DNA from: an uncultured Flavobacteriales bacterium
GTDB taxonomy: Bacteria > Bacteroidota > Bacteroidia > Flavobacteriales_H > CAZUDW01
Direction of reading: 5' to 3'
DNA length: 64,000 nt
NCBI GenBank assembly: GCA_964619305.1
Contig: CAZUDW010000001.1
Span: 14,356-78,355, forward strand
This document shows, one piece after another, positions 1 to 9,376 of this stretch (positions are counted from its first letter, which is position 1; every line of letters begins with the position of its first letter). Both the position numbers and the translations under genes were made by a program. Below the pieces are notes generated by a model that searched no databases, was not told where the DNA came from, and was given only the letters and a program-made list of their open reading frames with translations.

Positions 1-75
1 GCAATTGGTGTAAATATTACAGAACTTCCACTAAATCCGGAACGCGTACTAAAAGCTATCAATAAAAATAAATAA
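1..75 (+). CDS. 3' end of a truncated upstream ORF (…AIGVNITELPLNPERVLKAINKNK*); probably the C-terminus of a xanthine-dehydrogenase-family molybdopterin-binding subunit
   Basis: In-frame translation from base 1 to the TAA at 73-75. The …RxxELPxTPExVLKAx ending is typical of Mo-hydroxylase large subunits, and the next gene is the matching FAD subunit. Confidence 0.4.
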   Translation, partial: AIGVNITELPLNPERVLKAINKNK

Positions 76-81
76 AATCAT

Positions 82-963
82 ATGAAATTTGAAGTGATCA
101 GCCCCAGTACAACAGATGAACTGATGAAATCAATTTCGGATAACATTGGTCATAATTTTCATTTTTGTGCAGGAGGAACGGATCTTTTGATGACATTGAA
201 GCATGAGAGAACAGACTCTCTTAAAGTTATAAACCTTGCCATGTTGCAGGATGATGCATTCCGGTCAATCACTGAAACAGAATCTGAAATAACGATTGGC
301 GCTTTGGCAACAGCAGATGAAATATTGAATAATGATCTTATAAAGAATAACTTTCCTATCCTCGCTGAAGCGGCCAATAGCCTGGCATCCAGACAAATCA
401 GAAATGTTGCAACCATAGGTGGCAATGTATGCACGGCATCTCCCTCAGGAGATATGACCTGTGCTCTGGTTGCACTTGAAGCAAATTGCGAGATTTTAAA
501 TACTGATAATGAATTAAGAATTATGCCGATATCTGATTATTTGATTGACGTCAGAAAAACCAGTTTGCAGAAAAACGAAATGCTGAGAAGAATTGTTATT
601 CCACTTAACAAAAGTGAAAAGATATTGTCTCTTTTTATTAAAATCGGGACAAGGCGTTCTATGGAGTGTTCAGTTATTTCTCTTGCTTTCCACATCTTAA
701 CAGATAAAGAGAATATGATCAAAAAATCAGGTATAGCTATAGGTTCAGTTGCCCCAACAATCAAATTTGTTACTTTAGCCTGTAATTTCCTTACCGGTAG
801 GAATATTATGAAATTATCTGAAAAAGATATTAAACAATTTGCATCATTGGTTGTAGAGTATGCTTCACCAATTTCTGATATTCGTGCATCTGCCTGGTAT
901 AGGAAGAAGGTTTTATATAATATAAGCAAAGGAGTTTTAGAGAATTATGGGAACATTTTATGA
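82..963 (+). CDS. Xanthine dehydrogenase / CO dehydrogenase family FAD-binding (medium) subunit
   Basis: 293 aa. FAD_binding_5 signature HFCAGGTDL near the N-terminus, then a CO_deh_flav_C-like segment (ATIGGNVCTASPSGD). Confidence 0.8.
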   Translation: MKFEVISPSTTDELMKSISDNIGHNFHFCAGGTDLLMTLKHERTDSLKVINLAMLQDDAFRSITETESEITIGALATADEILNNDLIKNNFPILAEAANSLASRQIRNVATIGGNVCTASPSGDMTCALVALEANCEILNTDNELRIMPISDYLIDVRKTSLQKNEMLRRIVIPLNKSEKILSLFIKIGTRRSMECSVISLAFHILTDKENMIKKSGIAIGSVAPTIKFVTLACNFLTGRNIMKLSEKDIKQFASLVVEYASPISDIRASAWYRKKVLYNISKGVLENYGNIL

Positions 964-1981
964 TAATTTACCCTATACAACCGATATCATTCGTTTAGCT
1001 CAAAATGAGAATCCATACGGGCCATCACCTAAAGCAATAGCGGCAATCAAAGAGCATCTGAGCGAACTTAACCAATACCCTACATACAATCCAAAAGAAC
1101 TGATTAACAAGATTGCAAGCCATCATAAGCTACAACCTGAAATGATAGCTGTCTCAGCTGGTTCTGTTGAGATGATTGATCTTGTGATTAAAGGATTTAT
1201 AGAATCTGGTGATGAAATCATTATACCGCGTATCAGTTTTGTTGCTTACAGCCTGTTATGTGAAATAAACAGGCGGAAATTCAAAATCTCTGAAATGGAC
1301 GGGTTTAGTATTTCCCTTGACAATATTCTTGATATTATCTCACCAAGCACACGCTTAATTTTTATCGCTAATCCTAACAATCCAACAGGAAATATTTTAA
1401 CAGAAAAGCAAATTATTAACTTCCTTGATAATATCCCAAAAGATATTATTATAGTACTTGATGAAGCCTATCTGGAATATGTGAAAGATCCTGAATACCC
1501 TAAATCTCTTTTATTTATAAATAAATATCCGAATCTTATCTTGTTCAGGACATTTTCTAAAATATATGGACTGGCAGGACTACGAATTGGTTATTCAATC
1601 TCTTCTGAAAAAATTGCCAGCAAACTGCAAAGTTTAAGAACACCTTTCTCAGTTAGTAAATTATCTAATGTTGCTGCACTTGCCGCTCTGGATGATTACG
1701 AATATATTAAATCCTGTTCTGATAAAACCAGTGCAAATCGAATTTACCTGGAGGAAAACCTGAAAAAATTCGGGTTTCATTATATACCTTCACAGACAAA
1801 TTTTATTTTTATTTCATTTGATTCGGTAGAAGATAGAGACCGGGTCAATGAACTTCTTTATAACGGTGGTATTATTGCTAGAAAAACTGATGCTTTCGGT
1901 TGTAATGAAGGACTGCGTATTACCATTGGCGATAGCAATGCAACCGAAACTGTTGTGAGAATTTTATCTGGAGCTGTATAA
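947..1981 (+). CDS. hisC: Histidinol-phosphate aminotransferase family protein (class II PLP aminotransferase)
   Basis: 344 aa. LAQNENPYGPSP motif, NPNNPTG, and the PLP-lysine context FSKIYGLAGLRIGY. Overlaps the upstream gene by 17 nt. Not embedded in a his operon, so the physiological role is uncertain. Confidence 0.8.
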   Translation: MGTFYDNLPYTTDIIRLAQNENPYGPSPKAIAAIKEHLSELNQYPTYNPKELINKIASHHKLQPEMIAVSAGSVEMIDLVIKGFIESGDEIIIPRISFVAYSLLCEINRRKFKISEMDGFSISLDNILDIISPSTRLIFIANPNNPTGNILTEKQIINFLDNIPKDIIIVLDEAYLEYVKDPEYPKSLLFINKYPNLILFRTFSKIYGLAGLRIGYSISSEKIASKLQSLRTPFSVSKLSNVAALAALDDYEYIKSCSDKTSANRIYLEENLKKFGFHYIPSQTNFIFISFDSVEDRDRVNELLYNGGIIARKTDAFGCNEGLRITIGDSNATETVVRILSGAV

Positions 1982-1989
1982 AATTAAAT

Positions 1990-2011
1990 CCGGAACAGAA
2001 GTCGGTTTTTT
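1990..2011 (+). terminator. Weak hairpin followed by a T6 run downstream of the aminotransferase
   Basis: ccgg…tcgg short stem followed by tttttt; the stem is only ~4 bp. Confidence 0.2.
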
Positions 2012-2078
2012 CTTAAAACTGATGATTGTCATTACATTTTTTAAAACTATTACCAACTTTGCAAAAAAATAAATTAAG

Positions 2079-3338
2079 ATGAAAGCTTTTCACGACAAAC
2101 AAAAAGGATTTGGAATAACCTATGATGATATTTTTCTTGTAAACGGAGCACGTACTCCATTTGGAAAATTATGTGGAACTTTAGGTAATATTTCTCCAAC
2201 AGATCTTGGTATTTATGCATCAAAAGCTGCCATTGAAAAAGCAGGCATATCACCTAAAGATATAGACCAAGTAATGTATGCTAATATAGGGCAGGCAAGC
2301 AAGGATTCATATTTCCTTCCCAGGCATGTAGCACTTTACTCTGGAATCCCCAAAACCATACCAGCTGTGATGTTGCAAAGGATTTGCGGAAGTGGATTCG
2401 AAACCATTATAGCAGGCTCTGAGCAAATAACACTCGGAAAAGCCAAGGTTGCAATGTGTGGAGGAACAGAAAACATGACATTAGCTCCAACAGCAAGTTT
2501 TGGAAACAGGATGGGATATCCACTTGGAAGACTGGATTTTGTCGATATGTTATGGGAAGCTCTGAATGACACATCTGCTGTACCAATGGGTTGCACCGCT
2601 GAAAATGTTGCCCGGCAATATAATATCACACGAAGTGATGCTGACGAATTTGCAAAACTATCAATAGACAGGGCTACTGCTTCCACAGAGGATGGATTTT
2701 ATTCTGATGAAGTTGTTCCTATGAATTCAACTGTATTCGAAATTGATGGACTCAAACCTCGAAAAATTAAATTAAATAAAAAAGCTATTGATTTCACAAC
2801 AGATGAGAATATACGTCCGTCAACTCTTGAAAATATGGCGAAGCTCCCTTCAGTTTTCGCTAATGACGGAGTACAAACGGCAGCAAACAGCAGTGGTATT
2901 GTGGATGGTGCTGCTACTGTCATCATTGCTCAATCTGATTTTATTAGAAACAAAGGACTGAAACCTCTCTCAAGGATTGTCGCTTCTGCCTCAAGTGCTC
3001 TGGATCCCAACTATATGGGGTTAGGCCCTGTGCCTGCCATCAAACTTGTTCTTGAAATTGTCGGGTTAAAACTGGAAGACATTGGTTTGATTGAAATAAA
3101 CGAAGCATTTGCAGCACAATTTATTGGTTGCGAACGTGAGTTACATTTAAACCGGGACATCTGTAATGTTAACGGTGGCGCCATTGCATTAGGCCATCCT
3201 CTCGCTGCTACAGGAACACGTCTGTCACTGACAATCTCCAGGGAGATGAACAAGCGGAGTGTGAAATATGGGATTGCTTCTGCATGTATAGGAGGGGGCC
3301 AGGGAACAGCTATATTATTTGAAAATTACAACCTGTAA
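2079..3338 (+). CDS. Acetyl-CoA C-acyltransferase (thiolase)
   Basis: 419 aa. NGARTPFGK N-terminus, active-site Cys context RICGSGFE, and C-terminal NVNGGAIALGHPLAATG and CIGGGQG thiolase signatures. Confidence 0.9.
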   Translation: MKAFHDKQKGFGITYDDIFLVNGARTPFGKLCGTLGNISPTDLGIYASKAAIEKAGISPKDIDQVMYANIGQASKDSYFLPRHVALYSGIPKTIPAVMLQRICGSGFETIIAGSEQITLGKAKVAMCGGTENMTLAPTASFGNRMGYPLGRLDFVDMLWEALNDTSAVPMGCTAENVARQYNITRSDADEFAKLSIDRATASTEDGFYSDEVVPMNSTVFEIDGLKPRKIKLNKKAIDFTTDENIRPSTLENMAKLPSVFANDGVQTAANSSGIVDGAATVIIAQSDFIRNKGLKPLSRIVASASSALDPNYMGLGPVPAIKLVLEIVGLKLEDIGLIEINEAFAAQFIGCERELHLNRDICNVNGGAIALGHPLAATGTRLSLTISREMNKRSVKYGIASACIGGGQGTAILFENYNL

Positions 3339-3458
3339 TTCTTTAGGGGACTTCTATAAATTAACTCATCAGTCATATTCAAATTGAATAAATACATTCC
3401 GAAAATTCCTGCCGTTCCTGCAAAAACGCCATAGGAGTTCTCGCAGTTATTGCCTTTT

Positions 3459-3480
3459 GCCCCGACCTATAGGTCGGGGC
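3459..3480. terminator. Perfect 9-bp GC-rich hairpin (gccccgacc-tata-ggtcggggc) between convergent genes
   Basis: Direct inspection. Located between the thiolase stop (3338) and the convergent CorC-family gene stop (3583). The flanks are T/A-rich but there is no clean U-tract. Confidence 0.45.
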
Positions 3481-3582
3481 AAGTCATATTTATTAAAAAA
3501 TGTTTTTTGGAGTTGTGCAACAATCACAGATGATAAAAATGAATTTTCAAAACCCACCTTTATTCTTTAAACCATGTTTCTG

Positions 3583-4845
3583 TTATTTCAACAGATTCAA
3601 TCTGACAAGATTTATTTTGTTATCGCTAACTCTCTTAATAACAAATTTGAACTTATCTTTCACGATGGTTTCCCCTTTTTGCGGGATACTTTCACATAAG
3701 TTGTAGATCAATCCGGCCAATGTTTCATAATCATCCGACACGGGTAGTCCAAATCTGTATTTTTCATTCAGATAGTCAATTTCAAGCCTTGCTGAAAACT
3801 CATATTCTTTTTCACTAATTTTATTTTCAATCATCTCCTCAGCATCATGTTCATCCTGAATTTCACCGAATAATTCCTCGATGATATCTTCCATTGTAAC
3901 GATACCTGCAGTTCCCCCAAATTCATCTACAACAACAACGATACTGCGTTTGTTTTTAATAAAAAGTTCGAGGATTTCGCTTGCAGACATAGACTCCGGC
4001 ACAACAGAAACAGGCAACAATATGTTCTTGATTGAATCAGGTTTTTTAAATAATTCAAATAAATGTGTATAACCTATGATGTTATCTATATTATCACGGT
4101 AAATCATTGTTTTAGATAAGCCAGTCTCTATAAACTTGGTCTTAAGTTCTTCAGTTGAAGATTCCACATCTACAGCCACAATCTCGTTTCGCGGCACCAT
4201 ACATTCCCGAGCTTTTATCGAAGAAAAATCAAGCGCATTTTTAAATATTTTTATTTCTGTATCCAGTTCTTCATCATGCTTTTCAGCCAACATCGAAACC
4301 TCTTCCAGGTAATGGTCGAGGTCTGTCCTTCTGAAAACGGGTTGCTTCCGGTTAAATTTCACACCAAGAAATATTTTTAAAAATATTTCTGATATATAAG
4401 TGATCAAAGTAACGGGCAGGTAAAGCAAATAATAAAAAAACACAATGATTATAGAAAAATAATTGAGCGTACGATTGGAGTTGATTTTGAAAATTATTTT
4501 AGGTAAAAACTCCGCAAAAATCAGGATGAATGAAGTGGATATCAATGTTTGCAATAACAACACGATTAAATTTGAATGTGTAAAACGATTTAAAAAAGGT
4601 TCAAGCAAACTTGCTGTTATCATACTGTAAACAACTAATGCTACATTGTTACCAACCAACATTGTTCCAATAAACCTTTGCGGGTTTCTAAATACCGGAG
4701 AAAGCAATATAGCTCCTAAATGTTTTTGTTTTTTATCTAATTCAAATTTTAGTTTATTGGAAGAAATATAGGCTATTTCTACTCCTGAAAAAAATGCGCA
4801 AAACATTATGCTGATGAAAAGAAAAGCAATGGTAATTGGTTCCAT
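3583..4845 (-). CDS. CorC/HlyC (CNNM) family transporter with DUF21 membrane domain and CBS pair (GldE-like, 'hemolysin family protein')
   Basis: 420 aa. N-terminal multi-TM DUF21-like region, central CBS-type segments, and a C-terminal CorC_HlyC-like domain. Confidence 0.85.
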   Translation of the reverse strand: MEPITIAFLFISIMFCAFFSGVEIAYISSNKLKFELDKKQKHLGAILLSPVFRNPQRFIGTMLVGNNVALVVYSMITASLLEPFLNRFTHSNLIVLLLQTLISTSFILIFAEFLPKIIFKINSNRTLNYFSIIIVFFYYLLYLPVTLITYISEIFLKIFLGVKFNRKQPVFRRTDLDHYLEEVSMLAEKHDEELDTEIKIFKNALDFSSIKARECMVPRNEIVAVDVESSTEELKTKFIETGLSKTMIYRDNIDNIIGYTHLFELFKKPDSIKNILLPVSVVPESMSASEILELFIKNKRSIVVVVDEFGGTAGIVTMEDIIEELFGEIQDEHDAEEMIENKISEKEYEFSARLEIDYLNEKYRFGLPVSDDYETLAGLIYNLCESIPQKGETIVKDKFKFVIKRVSDNKINLVRLNLLK

Positions 4846-4867
4846 AACTTAGTTGGTTATTTTTTCT

Positions 4868-5047
4868 TTATACTTTTTTATCCTTATGCTTAGCATTTTT
4901 TCTCACATGTCTTCTCATAAAGAACAAAAGCAGCGCAACCAACGGCATTGTAAATGCGAGTAAAGAATCTTTCATATTGGCAATCCTACTGATATGAACT
5001 GCAATGAGCAATGTCAGCACCGAAGTAATTAACCAAAATATTTCCAT
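4868..5047 (-). CDS. Small two-TM membrane protein (hypothetical)
   Basis: The ORF runs 4868..5086. The start is placed at the internal Met (MEIFWLITS…) to avoid overlap with the upstream lipoprotein gene. Two hydrophobic helices and a basic C-tail. Confidence 0.3.
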   Translation of the reverse strand: MEIFWLITSVLTLLIAVHISRIANMKDSLLAFTMPLVALLLFFMRRHVRKNAKHKDKKV

Positions 5048-5051
5048 CGCT

Positions 5052-5636
5052 CTATTGAACTGTTTCATTGGTAGCTGAATCTTCATTTGCCTCCTGAAGC
5101 TGTATCGTTCCTTTTATGTTTTTAATCTCATAATGCATAAAGTCTTCATCCGCAATCAAACCTTCACCAAAAATGATTTCATCTGCGGTGGTGATTTTTA
5201 CGAACTCATCAGAATATAGCTTTCTATTCTTTTTATCCCAAATTAATTCTTCTGTATTTAATTGCTCCCCTTTTTTATTTACCACCACCACATTATCTTT
5301 TGTAATTACGCGACCATCCTTTTCATACCTCCTGGCATAATTTGAAGTGATTCGTGATTCTTCCTGAAATTCATCATTAAAAAAAATCACATTCATCCCT
5401 TTTGGCATTTCAATAAAAGGATTACTGCCATCGTAACGATCCATTTTAGGAGCCGTCAGCTTCATTTTAACCATGGCAGAATCGCTGTACAATAATTCCA
5501 TATCATCAACACTTTCCACAGGTAATTCTTTCGCACCTGTAACTAATTTTATCTTTTCAATGCTGTTTTCACATCCATAAACAGCAAAACATAGTATCAG
5601 TATAACGGTTTTAATACGAAGAAAAATTGCAGACAT
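5052..5636 (-). CDS. Periplasmic lipoprotein, possibly LptC-like
   Basis: 194 aa with a lipoprotein-type signal (…LILCFAVYGC). LptC-like by size and position upstream of a CorC/hemolysin-family gene, as recalled for Bacteroidetes; the family assignment is inference. Confidence 0.55.
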   Translation of the reverse strand: MSAIFLRIKTVILILCFAVYGCENSIEKIKLVTGAKELPVESVDDMELLYSDSAMVKMKLTAPKMDRYDGSNPFIEMPKGMNVIFFNDEFQEESRITSNYARRYEKDGRVITKDNVVVVNKKGEQLNTEELIWDKKNRKLYSDEFVKITTADEIIFGEGLIADEDFMHYEIKNIKGTIQLQEANEDSATNETVQ

Positions 5637-5651
5637 TTTTGTTTGATAAAA

Positions 5652-6983
5652 TTACTGCACTCTTACGATTGTTTCTTCATTAATCCAGCAACCTACAGTA
5701 TAAGAATCCCCTTCATTCAAACCATTGAAAAAACAATCTGATGTTTTCGGAAACTGTGCAGTATATGCACTAATCTTTGAGTTGGCCACAGATGTTACGG
5801 ATGGATCAACAGCTTTGGCTTTTTTGTATTTATCAACTGCGGCCCAATATACAGATTTGCTTAGGCATTCCCCTTCACCGCAATCATTGACGCTGGCAGC
5901 ATAGGCATCTCCTATAACGATATATGCTTCACCATAATTCGGATTCACACCCAACGCTTTTTGCGCATATGTTCTCGATGAACTGTATTGCCCAATCTTG
6001 TTATAACATTTAGCTGCTTTGATATATGCATCAATCTTCATATCATTGTCATCGGCCTGCTCAGCAGCCTTTTTATAATATTCGATTGCTTTTGAACAAT
6101 TATTGTCTTTTACAAATAAATTCCCGATATTGACAGCAGATTCTGCAGATGGTTCCTTTTCGAATAATCTTTCCGCCACATTCTTATACAGTTTTTCTTC
6201 TACACATTTACTATAATTCAGTATTTTCATAATAAGTTTCATCTGATCCACATCATCCGGGTTGGATTCAAACTTGGGTGAAAAAATCCTCACTAAATCT
6301 TCACAACTGGCACAAGGACTAAACATTTTATCAAGATTTTCCTGCACAATTTTATACACTTTTACTTTCTGCTCTCTTTTCTGATTCTTAATATTGTAGG
6401 TAATAACAGCACTCATCTCGGGATAGGCAGCAATCATAGTTTCGCAAGTCAGTTCATTTTGTTTTATTAAGAGAAATATTGCCTGTCCATAAGAAGCAAT
6501 AGCTGCTGCTTCTGCTTTATTCCCCTGCAATTCAAATGATTTCTTCAGCACTTCATAAGCAGCTTTGATATCCTCAGTTTTTTTGCCCCGGTATTTCATC
6601 ATAATTGCACCTTTGCGACCAAGAACATACCCCTCCCTGCCAAAGTTTTCTATTCTCCTGTCATAAAGCATAAATAATGTATCTACATATTTTTCAGCTG
6701 TTGGTCCGTCTTTTTCATCTTCAATGAATTTTTCGTACATCTTACCACCGTTGATATAGAGAGACTCCTGGGACTTAGGACATACTTTACATGCTTTGCG
6801 CCAATAACCCAAAGCTTTTTGGTAATCTCCACTTTTAAAATAAGGATCTTTATAAACAGAGAGGTTCTTTATACATTCCACGCTATCAGCAGGTGTCGCT
6901 CCATACTTATTTCCCTGTGCGTTTGATGTAATTACTACAATCAAAAAAACTATTATTGTTCCGAATTCTTTTTTTAGCTCCAT
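5652..6983 (-). CDS. Secreted Cys-rich tetratricopeptide (TPR) repeat protein
   Basis: 443 aa with a signal peptide (…ITSNAQG). Repeated TPR-like A/Y/G patterns (ALGYWRKA, AIEYYKKAAE, AYIVIGDAYA) and numerous Cys pairs. Confidence 0.75.
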   Translation of the reverse strand: MELKKEFGTIIVFLIVVITSNAQGNKYGATPADSVECIKNLSVYKDPYFKSGDYQKALGYWRKACKVCPKSQESLYINGGKMYEKFIEDEKDGPTAEKYVDTLFMLYDRRIENFGREGYVLGRKGAIMMKYRGKKTEDIKAAYEVLKKSFELQGNKAEAAAIASYGQAIFLLIKQNELTCETMIAAYPEMSAVITYNIKNQKREQKVKVYKIVQENLDKMFSPCASCEDLVRIFSPKFESNPDDVDQMKLIMKILNYSKCVEEKLYKNVAERLFEKEPSAESAVNIGNLFVKDNNCSKAIEYYKKAAEQADDNDMKIDAYIKAAKCYNKIGQYSSSRTYAQKALGVNPNYGEAYIVIGDAYAASVNDCGEGECLSKSVYWAAVDKYKKAKAVDPSVTSVANSKISAYTAQFPKTSDCFFNGLNEGDSYTVGCWINEETIVRVQ

Positions 6984-6986
6984 TCT

Positions 6987-8306
6987 TTAATCAATTTTTC
7001 GTTTATAAAACCACTGATCAAATTTATGAGGTGTAAAAGTAAACCCAAAGTTTAAATTCACAAACCGTTCTAATATAATGCCTTCTTTGTCTTCTCCTCT
7101 CTTCCCTGTTTCAAATCCGATATTGATACTGGATCCATGAGATTGAGCTTTTATCAATGGGATACCCAGTCCAAAACTTATGCCATACTCTGTGAGATGC
7201 TTATCTTGTACGAGCAACCTGGTTGTAGCATACCTGAAACCTCCACGATACATCAGTGTTTTAAAAAACTTTGTCACTGCCTGCTGGTCAGGTTGAATCT
7301 GCAATCCCGTTGAAAACTGCTGGCTTGAAGCAAGACCCATATTCTGATCTGAAATCGAAAATTGTGACCAGTCTTTTTTATAATAATCAAACCCAATCAC
7401 CCATCTCTTCCCGATGTAAATTCCCATCCCCAAACCATAAGATAATGGATTGAATATGGAAATATCATTGGTATCATATTGTACTGTGTCTTTGAAGGTC
7501 TCGAAATTTGTTTGCCCTGTATAACTGCGGGAAAGTAGTGTGTGATGACTTTTCAAACTATCTGAGAATGCAAAGCAGCCTCCTGCAGATACAAGTAATT
7601 TTGAACTGAATCTTTGAAAATACAATAAACCTGCTTCTAAATTAACATCACTAATATGCATAGAATTACTTACCAGTGTATTAAAAGCATAGGAAGCATC
7701 CTTGGGTAAAACCCTCTGGATCTTATATATGGAACCAAATAGATAAGAGACATTCAGACCCAGGGATAATTTTATACCCGATGTGTCATTCAGGTTATTG
7801 ATGATGTTCAATCCATTCCCAAAGTTAAATCGATTTATTTCTCCCGAACCATTATATTGATATATTACTTCTCCAAAATTCATCACTGAATCCATATTTT
7901 GAATTGAGTAGCCCATTTTTGTCCAAGGCATTAATCCGAATGCCATACCCCATCTGTTTTTTTTCCTTATCACGGGAAATCCAAATGAGAAGTTCCTGAT
8001 ATATGTATTTTGTTCACTTTGTTTAAATGTATCATTAATGAATGTTATTGAATGTGTGGTGATATCTGTTATAAAAACAGGTTTTTTAAGCATGGTGAAA
8101 GATGCTGGATTTGCAGGGTTAATAAATATAGGTGTTGCCAGTCCATATTTCACATCTCCCATGCTGTTCTGTTCTGTGAAGCCAAGACTCTCCGGATCGC
8201 CAATTCCTAAAATAGAATAAGGCGAACTAGTGGTTAGCTGAGCCATCAGAACGGAATTGAACATGATAATAAATAAGATAAAAAATAATTTACTTTTTTG
8301 AGGCAT
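6987..8306 (-). CDS. Outer-membrane beta-barrel protein (putative porin-like), hypothetical
   Basis: 439 aa with a signal peptide. Alternating hydrophobic beta-strand pattern, Gly/aromatic-rich, ending in an aromatic-rich C-terminus. Confidence 0.55.
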   Translation of the reverse strand: MPQKSKLFFILFIIMFNSVLMAQLTTSSPYSILGIGDPESLGFTEQNSMGDVKYGLATPIFINPANPASFTMLKKPVFITDITTHSITFINDTFKQSEQNTYIRNFSFGFPVIRKKNRWGMAFGLMPWTKMGYSIQNMDSVMNFGEVIYQYNGSGEINRFNFGNGLNIINNLNDTSGIKLSLGLNVSYLFGSIYKIQRVLPKDASYAFNTLVSNSMHISDVNLEAGLLYFQRFSSKLLVSAGGCFAFSDSLKSHHTLLSRSYTGQTNFETFKDTVQYDTNDISIFNPLSYGLGMGIYIGKRWVIGFDYYKKDWSQFSISDQNMGLASSQQFSTGLQIQPDQQAVTKFFKTLMYRGGFRYATTRLLVQDKHLTEYGISFGLGIPLIKAQSHGSSINIGFETGKRGEDKEGIILERFVNLNFGFTFTPHKFDQWFYKRKID

Positions 8307-9039
8307 TGTACATTAAAATATCATTAAGACCTCTGAGGACTAAAAACCTGTCTGCAAAATTGTAATTTTCCATCACCTTTTCAAAAAAATCTATATCGCC
8401 TCCTGTAAGGAGAACAACCAAATCGCTGTAAACATCCCTGTATTCATTTACTATTCCTTTTATTTCCTGCCTGATGCCATTCAACACGCCTGATGATATG
8501 GACTCATCGGTTGATGTTCCCGTTAAGATTGTTTTCTCTTTTTTATCAAGTAGGGGAAGCTTATCAGTATATTCATTCAGTGATCTGTAACGCATATCTA
8601 TTCCCGGGGATATCGCTCCACCCAGATATTCACCTGACGAGTTGACAAGATCAAATGTTACACAACTGCCAGCATCTATCACCAAAAGATTTCTGCCAGG
8701 ATATAAGTTTACCGCTGCAACAGCCGCAGCGAGACGGTCATAACCCAGCGTAGCAGGTGTAGTATATTTAACTTTTAAAGGAACTTTTACCATCTGATCA
8801 AACAAGATGCAATTGAATTTTTTATTCAGAAACTTCAGAACCTTCCCATCAATCCTGCCTACTGTACAGATGATTGCATCTGAAATATCCTGATCTGCTG
8901 TGAATGCCTCAATTGTTTCTTTAGGCAGAGAACCCTCTATAGCCAGCTGTTCCTTCATCTCATCCTGATTAAAAACAGCGAGCTTACTCCTGGTATTACC
9001 TATATCAATAACAATATTCACAATGACTTTTCTGTTCAA
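8290..9039 (-). CDS. coaX: Type III pantothenate kinase
   Basis: 249 aa. N-terminal IDIGNTRSKLAVF (the Bvg accessory factor/CoaX motif) and C-terminal LLTGGD. Confidence 0.85.
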   Translation of the reverse strand: MNRKVIVNIVIDIGNTRSKLAVFNQDEMKEQLAIEGSLPKETIEAFTADQDISDAIICTVGRIDGKVLKFLNKKFNCILFDQMVKVPLKVKYTTPATLGYDRLAAAVAAVNLYPGRNLLVIDAGSCVTFDLVNSSGEYLGGAISPGIDMRYRSLNEYTDKLPLLDKKEKTILTGTSTDESISSGVLNGIRQEIKGIVNEYRDVYSDLVVLLTGGDIDFFEKVMENYNFADRFLVLRGLNDILMYNASKK

Positions 9040-9094
9040 AAATACAAAATGCCGCCAGCCCGGGGTTATTCTACCCGAATAATGAAATAATTTT

Positions 9095-9102
9095 TACTTT
9101 TG
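9095..9102 (+). promoter_or_regulatory. Bacteroidetes -7 box (TACTTTTG = TAnnTTTG) upstream of tRNA-Phe
   Basis: Exact match to the Bacteroidetes sigma-A -7 consensus, 12 nt upstream of the tRNA 5' end. Confidence 0.35.
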
Positions 9103-9114
9103 GCAACTCAAAAC

Positions 9115-9187
9115 GGTACGGTAGCTCAGTCGGTAGAGCACAGGACTGAAAATCCTGGTGTCGGCAGTTCGATTCTGCCCCGTACCA
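9115..9187 (+). tRNA. tRNA-Phe (anticodon GAA)
   Basis: Cloverleaf read by eye. Acceptor GGTACGG/CCGTACC, D-arm GCTCAGTCGGTAGAGC, anticodon loop CTGAAAA, T-arm GGCAGTTCGATTCTGCC. CCA is not encoded. Confidence 0.9.
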
Positions 9188-9376
9188 CACTCAAATACTT
9201 ATCTCCGCTTCAATCATTAAGACACTCACTATCAATAGATATTGTAGTTAAAATTGAGAGCCTAAATGCTAAAATAATTTTTAGAACCAAATGGCATAGT
9301 TGTTATATAAATAGCTAAGCTTTCAACAACGCTATTCATTTAACAATAAATAAACCACAATGCATATCTTTGGGCA

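Noticed and set aside
3500-3706. 68-aa plus-strand ORF
   Set aside because: It overlaps the 3' end of the CorC-family gene on the opposite strand, with low-complexity hydrophobic translation.
9100-9318. 72-aa ORF overlapping tRNA-Phe
   Set aside because: It overlaps a canonical tRNA gene and its downstream AT-rich spacer, so it is spurious.
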